Assembly (NCBI GenBank): GCA_017794825.1
Contig: CP051237.1
Coordinates: forward strand, 5,317,342-5,381,341
Direction of reading: 5' to 3'
Origin: Pararhizobium sp.
GTDB lineage: Bacteria > Pseudomonadota > Alphaproteobacteria > Rhizobiales > Rhizobiaceae
Length of the DNA stretch: 64,000 nucleotides
This document shows, in pieces, positions 18,669 to 27,693 of the stretch. Position 1 is the stretch's first letter; each line of letters begins with the position of its first letter. The notes under the pieces are model-generated. The model had not been told where the DNA came from. It made no database searches and worked only from the letters and a program-made list of their open reading frames with translations. A program made the translations under genes and the position numbers.

Positions 18669-19100
18669 TCATGAAAGCGGCGGTATCCTCAGCACCTGAC
18701 CCGGATAAATCTTGTCCGGATCGGACAGCATCGGCTTGTTTGCTTCGAAAATCGCGTTGTATTTCGATCCGTCGCCATAGGCCTTCTTGGCCACCGCCCA
18801 GAGCGTGTCGCCCTTTTCGACGGTGTGGAAGGTCGAGCCGTCAGCCGTGTCGTCCGTCTCTATATTTTCCTCGACCTTGGCGATGCCCTCGATGTTTCCG
18901 GCGGCGAGGATCAGCTTTTCCTTCACTTCCTGCGACGGAGCCTTGCCGTTGATGACGACTTTATCGCCCTCGACCTTCACGTCGAGATCGTCTTTCAGGC
19001 CAAGCATTCCTGCTTCCTTTGCGATGGCTTCGGAGGCGTCGTCATCGTCCGAGCCCCAAAGCTTCTTGCCTGCGTCCTTCACGAAATCGAATATTCCCAT
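18669..19100 (-). CDS. BON + LysM domain protein (YgaU/Kbp-like peptidoglycan-binding protein)
   Basis: ATG at 19100 preceded by AGGAGAGG. MGIFDFVKDAGKKLW N-terminus and C-terminal LysM (HTVEKGDTLWAVAKKAYGDGSKYNAIFEANKPML...IYPGQVLRIP). Confidence 0.85.
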   Translation of the reverse strand: MGIFDFVKDAGKKLWGSDDDDASEAIAKEAGMLGLKDDLDVKVEGDKVVINGKAPSQEVKEKLILAAGNIEGIAKVEENIETDDTADGSTFHTVEKGDTLWAVAKKAYGDGSKYNAIFEANKPMLSDPDKIYPGQVLRIPPLS

Positions 19101-19324
19101 GATAAGTTTCCTCTCCTGAAGCCATATTGTCACTCAAGTCGATATTACTATCTGAAAACTATGGAAATTTGACAAGTAACACCGTGTAAATGGCGAGCAT
19201 GTGATGTTTCCTGGCGTGGTTTTGTCTTTCTGGTGACGCAGCAAAACCAGTCGTCGATTATTTGGGAACCTGCGCGTTGCGAAACGGTTTATGTTGGATG
19301 CGCGCAAAGAGCCTGAATCCCGAC

Positions 19325-19927
19325 ATGACCAGCAAGACGCAAGACGACGCTGCGAGCGAATCTCCGGTGAGCGATCTTCTCGGTGCATTGCGAGGGAGCA
19401 GCGGCTCCGGCGATCAGGTGTCGATAGCCGCGATCGTGGAATCGCTCGGAACCGCCTCTCTTTCGGCGGTCATGCTCGTTCCGGCTCTCGTGGTCGTGAC
19501 GCCTCTTAGCGGAATTCCGGGACTTTCCTCGGTCTGTGGAATTCTGATCGCTCTTGTCGCGGCCCAGCGCGTCATCGGCAAACGTCACCTCTGGTTGCCT
19601 GAATGGCTGCTGTCTCGTCGCATCGAACGGGAAAAACTCGCCATTACGATCGCGTGGCTCGAAAATCCGGCCTGGTGGATAGACAGGCTGACGCAGCGAC
19701 GATTATCGGCACTGGTCCACAAACCGTTTTCGACCTTGATGGCTCTGAATTGCGTGCTGTGCGGTTTGGCGATGCCCGTGCTGGAGCTTGTGCCGTTCAG
19801 CTCGTCGATACTTGGAAGCGCCGTCAGCCTGGTGGCAATAGCATTGGTGGCGAAAGACGGAGCAGTCGGCTTTCTGGCCTTGCTGATCATGGGCGGGCTC
19901 GCCGCCGTGACCGTCAATGTTTTGTAG
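19325..19927 (+). CDS. exoD: Exopolysaccharide synthesis protein ExoD family
   Basis: TM-rich, ExoD-like core (VTPLSGIPGLSSVCGILIALVAAQRVIGKRHLWLPEWL). The start is chosen at ATG 19325; the ORF is open from 19262. Confidence 0.78.
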   Translation: MTSKTQDDAASESPVSDLLGALRGSSGSGDQVSIAAIVESLGTASLSAVMLVPALVVVTPLSGIPGLSSVCGILIALVAAQRVIGKRHLWLPEWLLSRRIEREKLAITIAWLENPAWWIDRLTQRRLSALVHKPFSTLMALNCVLCGLAMPVLELVPFSSSILGSAVSLVAIALVAKDGAVGFLALLIMGGLAAVTVNVL

Positions 19928-19960
19928 GGCGGAAGCGGTCATCGGTGATCCGCTTCCGCC
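19928..19960. terminator. Strong GC hairpin between convergent genes (putative bidirectional terminator)
   Basis: GGCGGAAGCGG (19928-19938) pairs perfectly with CCGCTTCCGCC (19950-19960) around an 11-nt loop. There is no clear U-tract on either strand. Confidence 0.45.
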
Positions 19961-19973
19961 GAAATGTGTGTTG

Positions 19974-20195
19974 TCATTCGGTCCAGACAAAGCGCCGTCT
20001 GGCTGATACGCCGAACATCACGTCGCCTTTCGCAATGGCGATATCGCGATACACATGCGGTGGCATGTCGAGCAGCGCTTCATTTTCCAGTCGGCTGCGA
20101 TTTGCAGCCCGCAGTCGTCCCGGCAGTCCGAAGATGCGATTCCACATCGAACCGCTCCGGCTTTTATCCGTTCCACGATCGATGATAGTAGTCAT
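19974..20195 (-). CDS. Small hypothetical protein (73 aa), possibly DUF1127-like
   Basis: Arg-rich small ORF, divergent from paaZ. Its C-terminal segment LLDMPPHVYRDIAIAKGDV loosely resembles the DUF1127 motif. Confidence 0.4.
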   Translation of the reverse strand: MTTIIDRGTDKSRSGSMWNRIFGLPGRLRAANRSRLENEALLDMPPHVYRDIAIAKGDVMFGVSARRRFVWTE

Positions 20196-20308
20196 TTCCC
20201 GTTTCCTTCCCGTTCAATTGGTGATCGGTGAGCCTGCAATATATGAGGGTTCTGCGCGAGGCTCTGTGAGAAATGTTACAGTGATTGAAATTGCCACTGC
20301 CATTCTGA

Positions 20309-20338
20309 TTGACCGAATGGTTGGTTAATTTATACTAT
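20309..20338 (+). promoter_or_regulatory. Putative sigma70-type promoter of paaZ
   Basis: TTGACC (20309-20314), a 16-nt spacer, then TATACT (20331-20336), which overlaps TACTAT (20333-20338). The ATG is at 20366. The core is nearly identical to the paaG promoter. Confidence 0.5.
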
Positions 20339-20365
20339 GAAAATGCGATCGGACGGGAGGAAACG

Positions 20366-22396
20366 ATGGGACTGATGCAGGTATCAAGCTTTGCGGCAGG
20401 GCAGTGGATTGCGCCTTCCGGAACAACGTCGACATTGTATTCGGCCGCAAATGGCAAGATCATCGGCGAGGCGGGCGCCGACAGTCTTGATTTCCAGAGT
20501 ATGCTGGATTTCGCTCGGGACAGGGGCGGACCGGCTCTCAGAAAGATGACCTTTCATGATCGCGCGCGAATGTTGAAGGCTCTGGCGCTTTATCTCAACG
20601 AGCGTCGTAACGGGCTCTATGCACTCTCCCACATGACCGGGGCGACCCTGCCCGACAGCCGGATAGATATCGACGGCGGTATCGGCACGCTGCTGGTATA
20701 CGCGTCCAAGGGCAGGCGTAAAATGCCCGATGATCACATCTATGTCGATGGCGAAACTGAAATGCTGTCGCGGGAAGGAACGTTCCTCGGTCAACATGTC
20801 TGCACGCCTTTGACCGGCGCGGCGATCCACATAAACGCCTTCAATTTTCCGGTCTGGGGCATGCTTGAAAAGCTGGCGCCGACATTGCTCGCCGGAATGC
20901 CGGCCATCGTCAAGCCGGCGACATCCACCTGCTGGCTGACCGAAGCCTGTTTCCGTCTGATGGTCGAAAGCGGGATTTTGCCAGAGGGATCCGTTCAGCT
21001 GGTCGCCGGCCGAACCGGCGATCTTCTCGACCGGCTGGACAGCCGGGACGCCGTCAGTTTTACGGGCTCTGCGGCGACGGCGCTGTCTCTGCGGTCAACG
21101 GACAATATCCTTGCAAACTCGGTGCGGTTTACGGCCGAGCAGGACAGCCTCAACGCCTCCGTGCTTGGAACGGACATCGAGCCCGGCTCACCGGATTTTG
21201 ATATTTTCATCAAGGAAGCGGCGAACGAGATGACCACCAAAGCCGGCCAGAAATGCACGGCGATCCGCAGGATCATCGCGCCGGCGTCACGGGTGGAAGC
21301 TGTTGTCGAAGCTCTGTCGAAGCGGCTTGCAGCTGTAACCATCGGCGATCCCGCGCTCAAGGAATCCAGAATGGGAGCGCTCGCCTCAGCGGCGCAGAAA
21401 CGCGATACGCTGGAAAACGCCGCTCGGATCGGAGCGGAGTGTGAGCGCATATTCGGCGATGAAGAGACGCCCGAATTGACGGGCGCCGGGATCGAGGGCG
21501 GCTACTATGTGAAACCGATGCTCTTCGTCTGCAATGACCCCGATGCCGCTCGGGCCGTGCATGAAGTCGAGGCCTTTGGCCCGGTTTCGACTGTCATGGG
21601 GTATCGCGATGCCGGTCACGCTATCGATCTGGCCAATCGCGGCGGCGGCTCTCTGGTCGCTTCCGTCATTACGCGTGATCCGCATACGGCGAGAGAATTC
21701 GTACTGGGGGCCGGGGCCTCCCACGGACGGATCTATTTCAACAACCAGGAATCGGCGAAAGAAGCGACCGGTCATGGTTCGCCCTTGCCGCACATGGTCC
21801 ATGGCGGTCCGGGCAGGGCAGGCGGCGGCGAGGAACTTGGCGGCGTGCGCGGCGTCATGCATTACATGCAGCGCACCGCAATTCAGGCCAGCCCCGACCT
21901 GATGACCGGCATCACCGGAAGTTGGGTGCGGGGCTCGAAGGAAATAGCGGCGCCTGCGCATCCCTTCACCCGAAGTTTTGGCGAACTGCAAATCGGGGAG
22001 ACCATTCATACGCCGTCACGGGAAGTGACACTGGAGGATATCGAGCACTTCGCCAACTTCACCGGCGATACCTTCTATGCGCATATGGACGAGGCGGCCG
22101 CCAAGGCCAATCCGTTCTTTCCGGGCCGTGTTGCACACGGCTATCTGCTGTTGAGCTTCGCCGCCGGCCTGTTCGTGGAGCCAAACCCGGGTCCGGTATT
22201 GGCGAATACCGGTCTCAACGGCCTGAGTTTTCAAAAGCCCGTCAGTCCGGGAGATGCGATCTCGGTGCGTCTCACGGTCAAGCGAAAGACGCCGCGCAAT
22301 GAGGAGTACGGAGAAGTGGCCTGGGACGTGGTGCTGACCAATCAGGACGGCGAGCGGGTGGCCGAGTACGAATTGCTGACCATGGTTTCCCTCTGA
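20366..22396 (+). CDS. paaZ: Bifunctional oxepin-CoA hydrolase / 3-oxo-5,6-dehydrosuberyl-CoA semialdehyde dehydrogenase
   Basis: N-terminal aldehyde dehydrogenase (HINAFNFPVWGMLEKLAPTLLAGMPAIVKPAT) plus a C-terminal MaoC hydratase domain, colinear with E. coli PaaZ. GGGAGG RBS before ATG 20366. Confidence 0.92.
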   Translation: MGLMQVSSFAAGQWIAPSGTTSTLYSAANGKIIGEAGADSLDFQSMLDFARDRGGPALRKMTFHDRARMLKALALYLNERRNGLYALSHMTGATLPDSRIDIDGGIGTLLVYASKGRRKMPDDHIYVDGETEMLSREGTFLGQHVCTPLTGAAIHINAFNFPVWGMLEKLAPTLLAGMPAIVKPATSTCWLTEACFRLMVESGILPEGSVQLVAGRTGDLLDRLDSRDAVSFTGSAATALSLRSTDNILANSVRFTAEQDSLNASVLGTDIEPGSPDFDIFIKEAANEMTTKAGQKCTAIRRIIAPASRVEAVVEALSKRLAAVTIGDPALKESRMGALASAAQKRDTLENAARIGAECERIFGDEETPELTGAGIEGGYYVKPMLFVCNDPDAARAVHEVEAFGPVSTVMGYRDAGHAIDLANRGGGSLVASVITRDPHTAREFVLGAGASHGRIYFNNQESAKEATGHGSPLPHMVHGGPGRAGGGEELGGVRGVMHYMQRTAIQASPDLMTGITGSWVRGSKEIAAPAHPFTRSFGELQIGETIHTPSREVTLEDIEHFANFTGDTFYAHMDEAAAKANPFFPGRVAHGYLLLSFAAGLFVEPNPGPVLANTGLNGLSFQKPVSPGDAISVRLTVKRKTPRNEEYGEVAWDVVLTNQDGERVAEYELLTMVSL

Positions 22397-22438
22397 ATCT
22401 GCGTTGCCAAAGCACCTGGCGTTACTGATACTGTCGGC

Positions 22439-22879
22439 ATGTGCGCACAGTCAGCGGAAATTCATGAAGGCGGATGCTTTTGCGGAGCCATCCGCTACAG
22501 GACGGTCGGCAAGCCGGACCGGGTATCCTTGTGCTCATGCGAATGGTGTACGAAGCGGACCGGCAGCGCCTTCGGGATTTCGGTCTACTTCCGCGAAGAT
22601 CAGGTCACCTTCTCTGGAGACGACTGGACGACATTCCGGCTGACTTCCGACGCCGGGCGATGGCTGGAAACCCGCTTTTGCGGAAATTGCGGTTCGACCG
22701 TGGGCTGGACGCTGGAGTTTCTGCCTGGCCATTGCGGCATTGCCGGCGGCGCCTTCGACAATCCGAAATTCTGGCACACCCCCGAACGGTACGGTTTCGC
22801 CCGCTCCAAACCCGACTGGCTCGAAATCCCGGACGGACTCCACGTTTTCCAAGGCATGCCCGGTTCGCCGAATGAGTGA
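22439..22879 (+). CDS. GFA family protein (glutathione-dependent formaldehyde-activating enzyme fold)
   Basis: Cys-rich zinc motifs GGCFCGAIRY, CSCEWCTKRTGSAF and FCGNCGSTV. Confidence 0.85.
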   Translation: MCAQSAEIHEGGCFCGAIRYRTVGKPDRVSLCSCEWCTKRTGSAFGISVYFREDQVTFSGDDWTTFRLTSDAGRWLETRFCGNCGSTVGWTLEFLPGHCGIAGGAFDNPKFWHTPERYGFARSKPDWLEIPDGLHVFQGMPGSPNE

Positions 22880-22888
22880 TGCGGCGGT

Positions 22889-23530
22889 TCAGCCGCCGAA
22901 CGGAACTACTGTTTCCCGTTCGGGCAGGACTTTATCTCTCTCCTGCGCAGTGGTGTTCTTCGTTACGCGACCGGTTCGCTTGTCAGCGACTGTTGTTTTC
23001 ACGACCGTATCGGTGCGTTCCGTGATTTCTTCCGTTTCGGCGACAACGCCTGTTCCTGTATCGACGATGACGGTGTCGACGTCTTCCTCGGTCGTGGTTG
23101 TTTCCTCGACGCGCTCGACAATCACGTCCTGCGTCTCGAGAATTTGGACGCTGGCGTCCGTCTCTCCCGGCATCCGGGTCACGCGCACTGCTTCAACGGT
23201 TTCTGCGGAGTCTGGCTCTTCAGGCGCTTTCTCCGCAACTATCTCGGAAGCCGCTGTTTCGGACGGTTTCGAAGCGTCTTCCACAGTCTCGGAGCTTGCT
23301 TCCGTCGTTGTCGTAGGTTGAGCATCCACCTTGCGGGAGGCCAGCGCAACCTTTGCACTGTCATCCTGCGTTGGAGGCGTCTCCGCCGCTGCGATTTGGG
23401 AAGGCGCTGTCACGACCGGGGGCGCAGACTGGGCGGTCGTCGCGGAATTGTGAGCGCTGCAGCCATGCAAAATGACGCTTCCTGCCAGAAGCAATGCGGT
23501 CTTCAAAATATACTTTGAACCGTGCGCCAC
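22889..23530 (-). CDS. Acidic Thr/Glu/Val-rich low-complexity lipoprotein (hypothetical)
   Basis: The ORF is open to 23770, but a lipoprotein signal with lipobox (KTALLLAGSVILHG-C) follows a GTG at 23530, so that start is inferred. The mature part is strongly acidic and low-complexity. Confidence 0.55.
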   Translation of the reverse strand: MAHGSKYILKTALLLAGSVILHGCSAHNSATTAQSAPPVVTAPSQIAAAETPPTQDDSAKVALASRKVDAQPTTTTEASSETVEDASKPSETAASEIVAEKAPEEPDSAETVEAVRVTRMPGETDASVQILETQDVIVERVEETTTTEEDVDTVIVDTGTGVVAETEEITERTDTVVKTTVADKRTGRVTKNTTAQERDKVLPERETVVPFGG

Positions 23531-23627
23531 TGGACCGTCCCCCGGTTGTATCCAGATGTTTGTGCATTCCGTCTTTCCTATAGTATGGCAAGTCACGGGT
23601 TTCTGCAATCGAGGAGAAAACAGGGCG

Positions 23628-24005
23628 ATGAAAACCGAAACAATCCGATCATTGGCATGCCAGGCTTTTGCAGCCCTCTGCGTGGTGCTGTCCTTGTCGG
23701 CCGCATCGCTTGCTGCGAGCTTCGACTGTTCGAAGGCGGCCGCGCCGGACGAAAAGGCTATCTGCGACAATCCCGATCTGTCGGCGCTCGATTCAGAGAT
23801 GGCGGGGTTGTACTATGGCTACAATGCTTTGCCTCTGCTCATGGGCGCGAGCGGCGTGCGGCAGGATGAGGCGCAGTCTTTCCTGAAGCAGCGGTCCGGT
23901 TGCGGCGCCGATGTTTCCTGCTTGCGAACAGCCTATACGCAACGCATCAGCGCTCTGAAATCCGACATTGCCGAAGGCGTGAAGAACTACTGCGTCGGCA
24001 ATTGA
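23628..24005 (+). CDS. LprI-like (DUF1311) secreted protein
   Basis: ATG 23628 after AGGAG. Signal peptide, then FDCSKAAAPDEKAICDNPDLSALDSEM and a C-terminal CLRTAYTQRISAL, typical of the lysozyme-inhibitor LprI family. Confidence 0.8.
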   Translation: MKTETIRSLACQAFAALCVVLSLSAASLAASFDCSKAAAPDEKAICDNPDLSALDSEMAGLYYGYNALPLLMGASGVRQDEAQSFLKQRSGCGADVSCLRTAYTQRISALKSDIAEGVKNYCVGN

Positions 24006-24018
24006 CGCGGGCTCGCTT

Positions 24019-25959
24019 CTAATCCTCGAGCAATAACTTGCCTGCGCGGGTGTAGTCCGTCTGCGCCTTTTCCGCATCGCCAATCTTCTCGTAGGCCGCA
24101 GCACGGTTGAGGAGCGTCTGGTAGTCATCGGGCTCCAGCTCCAGGGCGCGGTTGTAGTCTTCGATCGCCAGGGCGAATTGCCGGATGTCGAAGTAGGCGT
24201 TGCCGCGATAGGTGTAGGCCAGTTGATAATCCGGCGCGAGCGCGATCGCCTGCGTGAGATCGCTGATTGCGTTCTGGTTGGATTTTTCGATCCGGTGGGA
24301 CCAGCCCCGCATGAAATAGACATGGGCGGTGTTTTCGCCGAGGGAAATGGCCTTGCTGAAGGTTTCCAGCGCCTCCGGCACGTTCTGGCTGTCGAACTGC
24401 ACAAGGCCGAGAATATAGTAGGCGCTTGCAACTTCCGGATCGAGTTCAAGCACCTTGTCGATATCCGTGCGAGCCCGGTCGTAATCGCCCGTATCGTGAT
24501 AGGCGCTGGCCCTTTCGAGGTAGGACTCGACGTAGTCATCCCTGACGGCAATCGCCGACGTGTAGTATTCGATGGCCTTGTCGTAACGCGCCTGGGCGGA
24601 AAGAACATTGCCCTGGGCCACGAGATAGTCAGGATCCTCCGGCTGCAATATGGCGCCCTTGGCGAAGTCCGCGAAGGCAAGCGCATAGCGGCCGGCGCGA
24701 TAGTGAATATAGCCACGGTTGAACATGGCGCTCGACAGGGCGGGATCGAGCCTGAGCGCCGTGTCGTAGTCATCGAGAGCGGATTCGTCATCGCCCAGTT
24801 CGGCGTGAATGAAGGCGCGCCGGAAGAAGTAACGGGAGTGTTCCTTATTGAGCGCGATGGCCTTGTTTATGTCTGCGAGCGCAGCGTCTGCGTTGCCTCT
24901 TTCGTCGAGCAGTTCCGCGCGGAAAAAGTAAGCCTCTTCGTAGTTTTCGTCGTGTTGGACGGTTCTGCCGAAGTGCTCGATCGCTCTCTCGATATCGCCG
25001 GCGTCCTTGTAGAGAAGGCCGCGATTGAAATAGGCGTTTGCGTATTCCGGGTCGATCCGGATGGCGGCATCGTAGTCCATGGCGGCCAGTTCCGGTAAAC
25101 CCGTGCGATCATAGGTGACGCCGCGATTGTTGTGATAGGAGGCGACGGGTTTCAGGCCAATGGCCCGATCATAGGCCGTAATGGCGAGACGGTACTCTTC
25201 GATTTCGCCATAGGCGTCGCCGAGTTTCGCAAGGCAGGAATGATTTTCCGGTTCCATGTCAATGGCTTGCTCGTATGATTTCACGGCTTCGTCGAAGCGT
25301 TCCATCGCGAACATCAGATCGGCGAAACTTTCCCTGTAGTAGGATACCTCCGGCTCGATCTCGGAGGCCTTTTTGAGGTCGATCATCGCCTGCGTGTCGT
25401 TTCCGAGTTCGTGATGCGCCCAGCCGCGACTGTCGTAGGCGGCGGCGAATTTCGGATAGAGACGTATGGCTTCGTTGTAGTCGGGGATGGCCTTGCTGTA
25501 GTCCGATGAGAAAAAACGGGCTTCTCCGCGCCGGAAATACACGTCGGCGTCATGCGGATCGACCGCTGCCGCCAGCGTGAAATCCGCTATCGCCTTCTGG
25601 TAATCTCCCAGGGAGTACTGCGCCAGGCCGCGATGGTACAGGGCGTAGAAATAGCGTTCATTGTCCTCGAGCGCCTTGTTGAAGTCTTCGATCGCCCGTT
25701 CATAGTGTTCGCGATCAAGGCGATATTTGCCGCGGCGGGCAAATTCGTAAGGAGTTTTCGGTTCGATCTGAAAGGCTTCGTCGCCACGCTCGCGCTCCAG
25801 GCGGTCGATCTCGCGGCTTGAAGGCGAATCCGCGAGCCAAACCCGGTTCTCCGCTTCGCTGCAATGCTCCTTCCCCAAACACGCCGCCGGGCCGGTCGCC
25901 TCGTCGAGAGGAGCACTGAAGACAAACACTGAAACAAAGCCGAGGACGAGAGGTGTCAT
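24019..25959 (-). CDS. Secreted tetratricopeptide (TPR) repeat protein
   Basis: 646 aa with a signal peptide, then more than 12 consecutive 34-aa TPR units (recurrent A..Y..AI.L.P....AY..RG). Confidence 0.9.
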   Translation of the reverse strand: MTPLVLGFVSVFVFSAPLDEATGPAACLGKEHCSEAENRVWLADSPSSREIDRLERERGDEAFQIEPKTPYEFARRGKYRLDREHYERAIEDFNKALEDNERYFYALYHRGLAQYSLGDYQKAIADFTLAAAVDPHDADVYFRRGEARFFSSDYSKAIPDYNEAIRLYPKFAAAYDSRGWAHHELGNDTQAMIDLKKASEIEPEVSYYRESFADLMFAMERFDEAVKSYEQAIDMEPENHSCLAKLGDAYGEIEEYRLAITAYDRAIGLKPVASYHNNRGVTYDRTGLPELAAMDYDAAIRIDPEYANAYFNRGLLYKDAGDIERAIEHFGRTVQHDENYEEAYFFRAELLDERGNADAALADINKAIALNKEHSRYFFRRAFIHAELGDDESALDDYDTALRLDPALSSAMFNRGYIHYRAGRYALAFADFAKGAILQPEDPDYLVAQGNVLSAQARYDKAIEYYTSAIAVRDDYVESYLERASAYHDTGDYDRARTDIDKVLELDPEVASAYYILGLVQFDSQNVPEALETFSKAISLGENTAHVYFMRGWSHRIEKSNQNAISDLTQAIALAPDYQLAYTYRGNAYFDIRQFALAIEDYNRALELEPDDYQTLLNRAAAYEKIGDAEKAQTDYTRAGKLLLED

Positions 25960-26153
25960 TCCGATGCATCTGAAAATGGATTCTGTCCATAATAGAACCG
26001 CAGTCGCTCCGCCGTTTCAACTGCTAATCCGCGCGTCGGCGCTGCGTTTCGACGGTCAGGCCTCGGCGACGCATAAATTATGCCGGCCGCCACGATTGCA
26101 GAGGCGTGATATTGAAGCTAGTGCAGTGAATCTGTTCCGGATTCGAATGCGAA

Positions 26154-27338
26154 ATGGCACTGAGACGCACTGCAACGGTCATCCTCATTCTGCTGGCGGG
26201 TTTTTACGCTGGCGGCCAGTTGGGCAAGATAGCGCCGGTGGTGCTCTTGCTGCGGGAACAGCATGGCTATTCGCTGACCTATCTGGGCTGGCTCACGTCG
26301 CTGATCGGCCTGTTCGTTGCGGTCGCTGCGCTTCCCGTGGCTTTCGCCATTCGCCACTACGGCGTCCGCCTCTCGCTGAACGCCGGCGCGGTGTTGTTGT
26401 TTTTCGGCGCGCTGTTCCTGTGGCCGACCACTGACCAGTTCCTTGCGCTTTTCGCCCGCGGCATAGAGGCGGTCGGCTATGTCCTGGTCGTGATTGCGGC
26501 GCCGGCGGTGCTGAACGAGATTGCGCCCGAAAGGCTGAAGGCGCCGGCTCTGGCCGTTTGGGGCGGCTTCGTCCCGATCGGCTATGCGCTGGCGAACTAC
26601 CAGGCCGATGCGGTGCTGCCCGGTTTCGGGTTGTCCGGTTTCTATCTCAGCATGGCGCTGGGTTACGGACTTTTCGGCTTGCTGTCCGCGGCGATGTTGG
26701 CGACGCTGCCGCGCGTGTCGTCATCTGCGCCTGCAGCAGAGCCTGCGCGCCGATTTGGCGGTTTGCCTGCTCGAGCCTACTGGCTGTCGGGCGCTTTCGG
26801 GTTTTATGTCATCGCGTCCCTGCCGATGTTCACCTTTCTGCCGACCTATGTCGGTTCGCTCGACGACAGGCTGGCGCTTTCAGCGGCTGCAATCGCGCTG
26901 TTCGTTCCGGTTGGCAATATCGGCACGGGCTTCCTTGTCGCGGGCCGCCTGCGCAATCATACGGCCAGTCTGACGATGTTCGCGCTCGTGGCGCTCGCCG
27001 CGGGTACGGCGGCGGTATTCCTCGTCGCTTCGCCTTCCGTGCAACTCGCTGGAGCGATCGTGTTTTCTCTTTCGAGCGGCGTTGTGGGTTCAGCCGTTTT
27101 CGCCACGCTCCCTGCTATCGTCCGCGACGGTCAATCGGCCTCCATCGCAATGGGAGCGATCGCGCAGACAGGCGGTATTGGCACGGTGATCGGTCCGCCC
27201 ATCGCGGGGTTCGTCATCGAGGCCTATGGCTGGCCGGGCCTGAGCGTCTATGTCGTCATCGTCTGTTTTCTTGGCGTCGCGTGCGCCTGGAAGGCGGTGG
27301 AACAAAGGGGCAGTCGCCCGGTTGAAAGCAACACGTAA
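26154..27338 (+). CDS. MFS transporter
   Basis: 394 aa with about 12 predicted TM helices in a two-halves organisation. Confidence 0.85.
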   Translation: MALRRTATVILILLAGFYAGGQLGKIAPVVLLLREQHGYSLTYLGWLTSLIGLFVAVAALPVAFAIRHYGVRLSLNAGAVLLFFGALFLWPTTDQFLALFARGIEAVGYVLVVIAAPAVLNEIAPERLKAPALAVWGGFVPIGYALANYQADAVLPGFGLSGFYLSMALGYGLFGLLSAAMLATLPRVSSSAPAAEPARRFGGLPARAYWLSGAFGFYVIASLPMFTFLPTYVGSLDDRLALSAAAIALFVPVGNIGTGFLVAGRLRNHTASLTMFALVALAAGTAAVFLVASPSVQLAGAIVFSLSSGVVGSAVFATLPAIVRDGQSASIAMGAIAQTGGIGTVIGPPIAGFVIEAYGWPGLSVYVVIVCFLGVACAWKAVEQRGSRPVESNT

Positions 27339-27619
27339 CGTATATATTTGCCGTCGCCGCACTGTGCGCTATTTCATTGCCGCATATTTTTTGTGCACCA
27401 TGCCGCCCGCTGCAGCGTTTCTAGGCGCCACAGTCGCTTTACCCCTTCGAAAATCCGAAATTCCAGCTTGATCGCGACTTGGCATGGAACCTGCATCTTT
27501 TTGGGCGAGTAGAAGCGGTCAGGATTAACGGCAGTCCGGGACATTGCTCGGCATGAACATTGCGGAACAGGTGTCCAATGCCGTCTTCTATTTCACCAAG
27601 TAAAACTCTCCCAAGACTG

Positions 27620-27648
27620 CCGGGCAGACGCGTTGAGCGTCTGCCCGG
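27620..27648 (+). other. Perfect 12-bp GC-rich stem-loop in the 5' region of the ABC operon
   Basis: CCGGGCAGACGC (27620-27631), loop GTTGA, then GCGTCTGCCCGG (27637-27648). It lies 46 nt upstream of ATG 27694. No U-tract follows. Confidence 0.5.
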
Positions 27649-27693
27649 TGCTTTGGCGATGACGAAACGCCAGCAGTCACGAAAGGTAGTTCC

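Noticed and set aside
27339-27693. A TPP (THI-box) riboswitch upstream of the NMT1/THI5-like binding protein
   Set aside because: I could not find the conserved CUGAGA / ACCUGAUCUGGAUAAUGCCAGCG-type elements. Only an isolated GC hairpin is present. An Infernal scan would be decisive.
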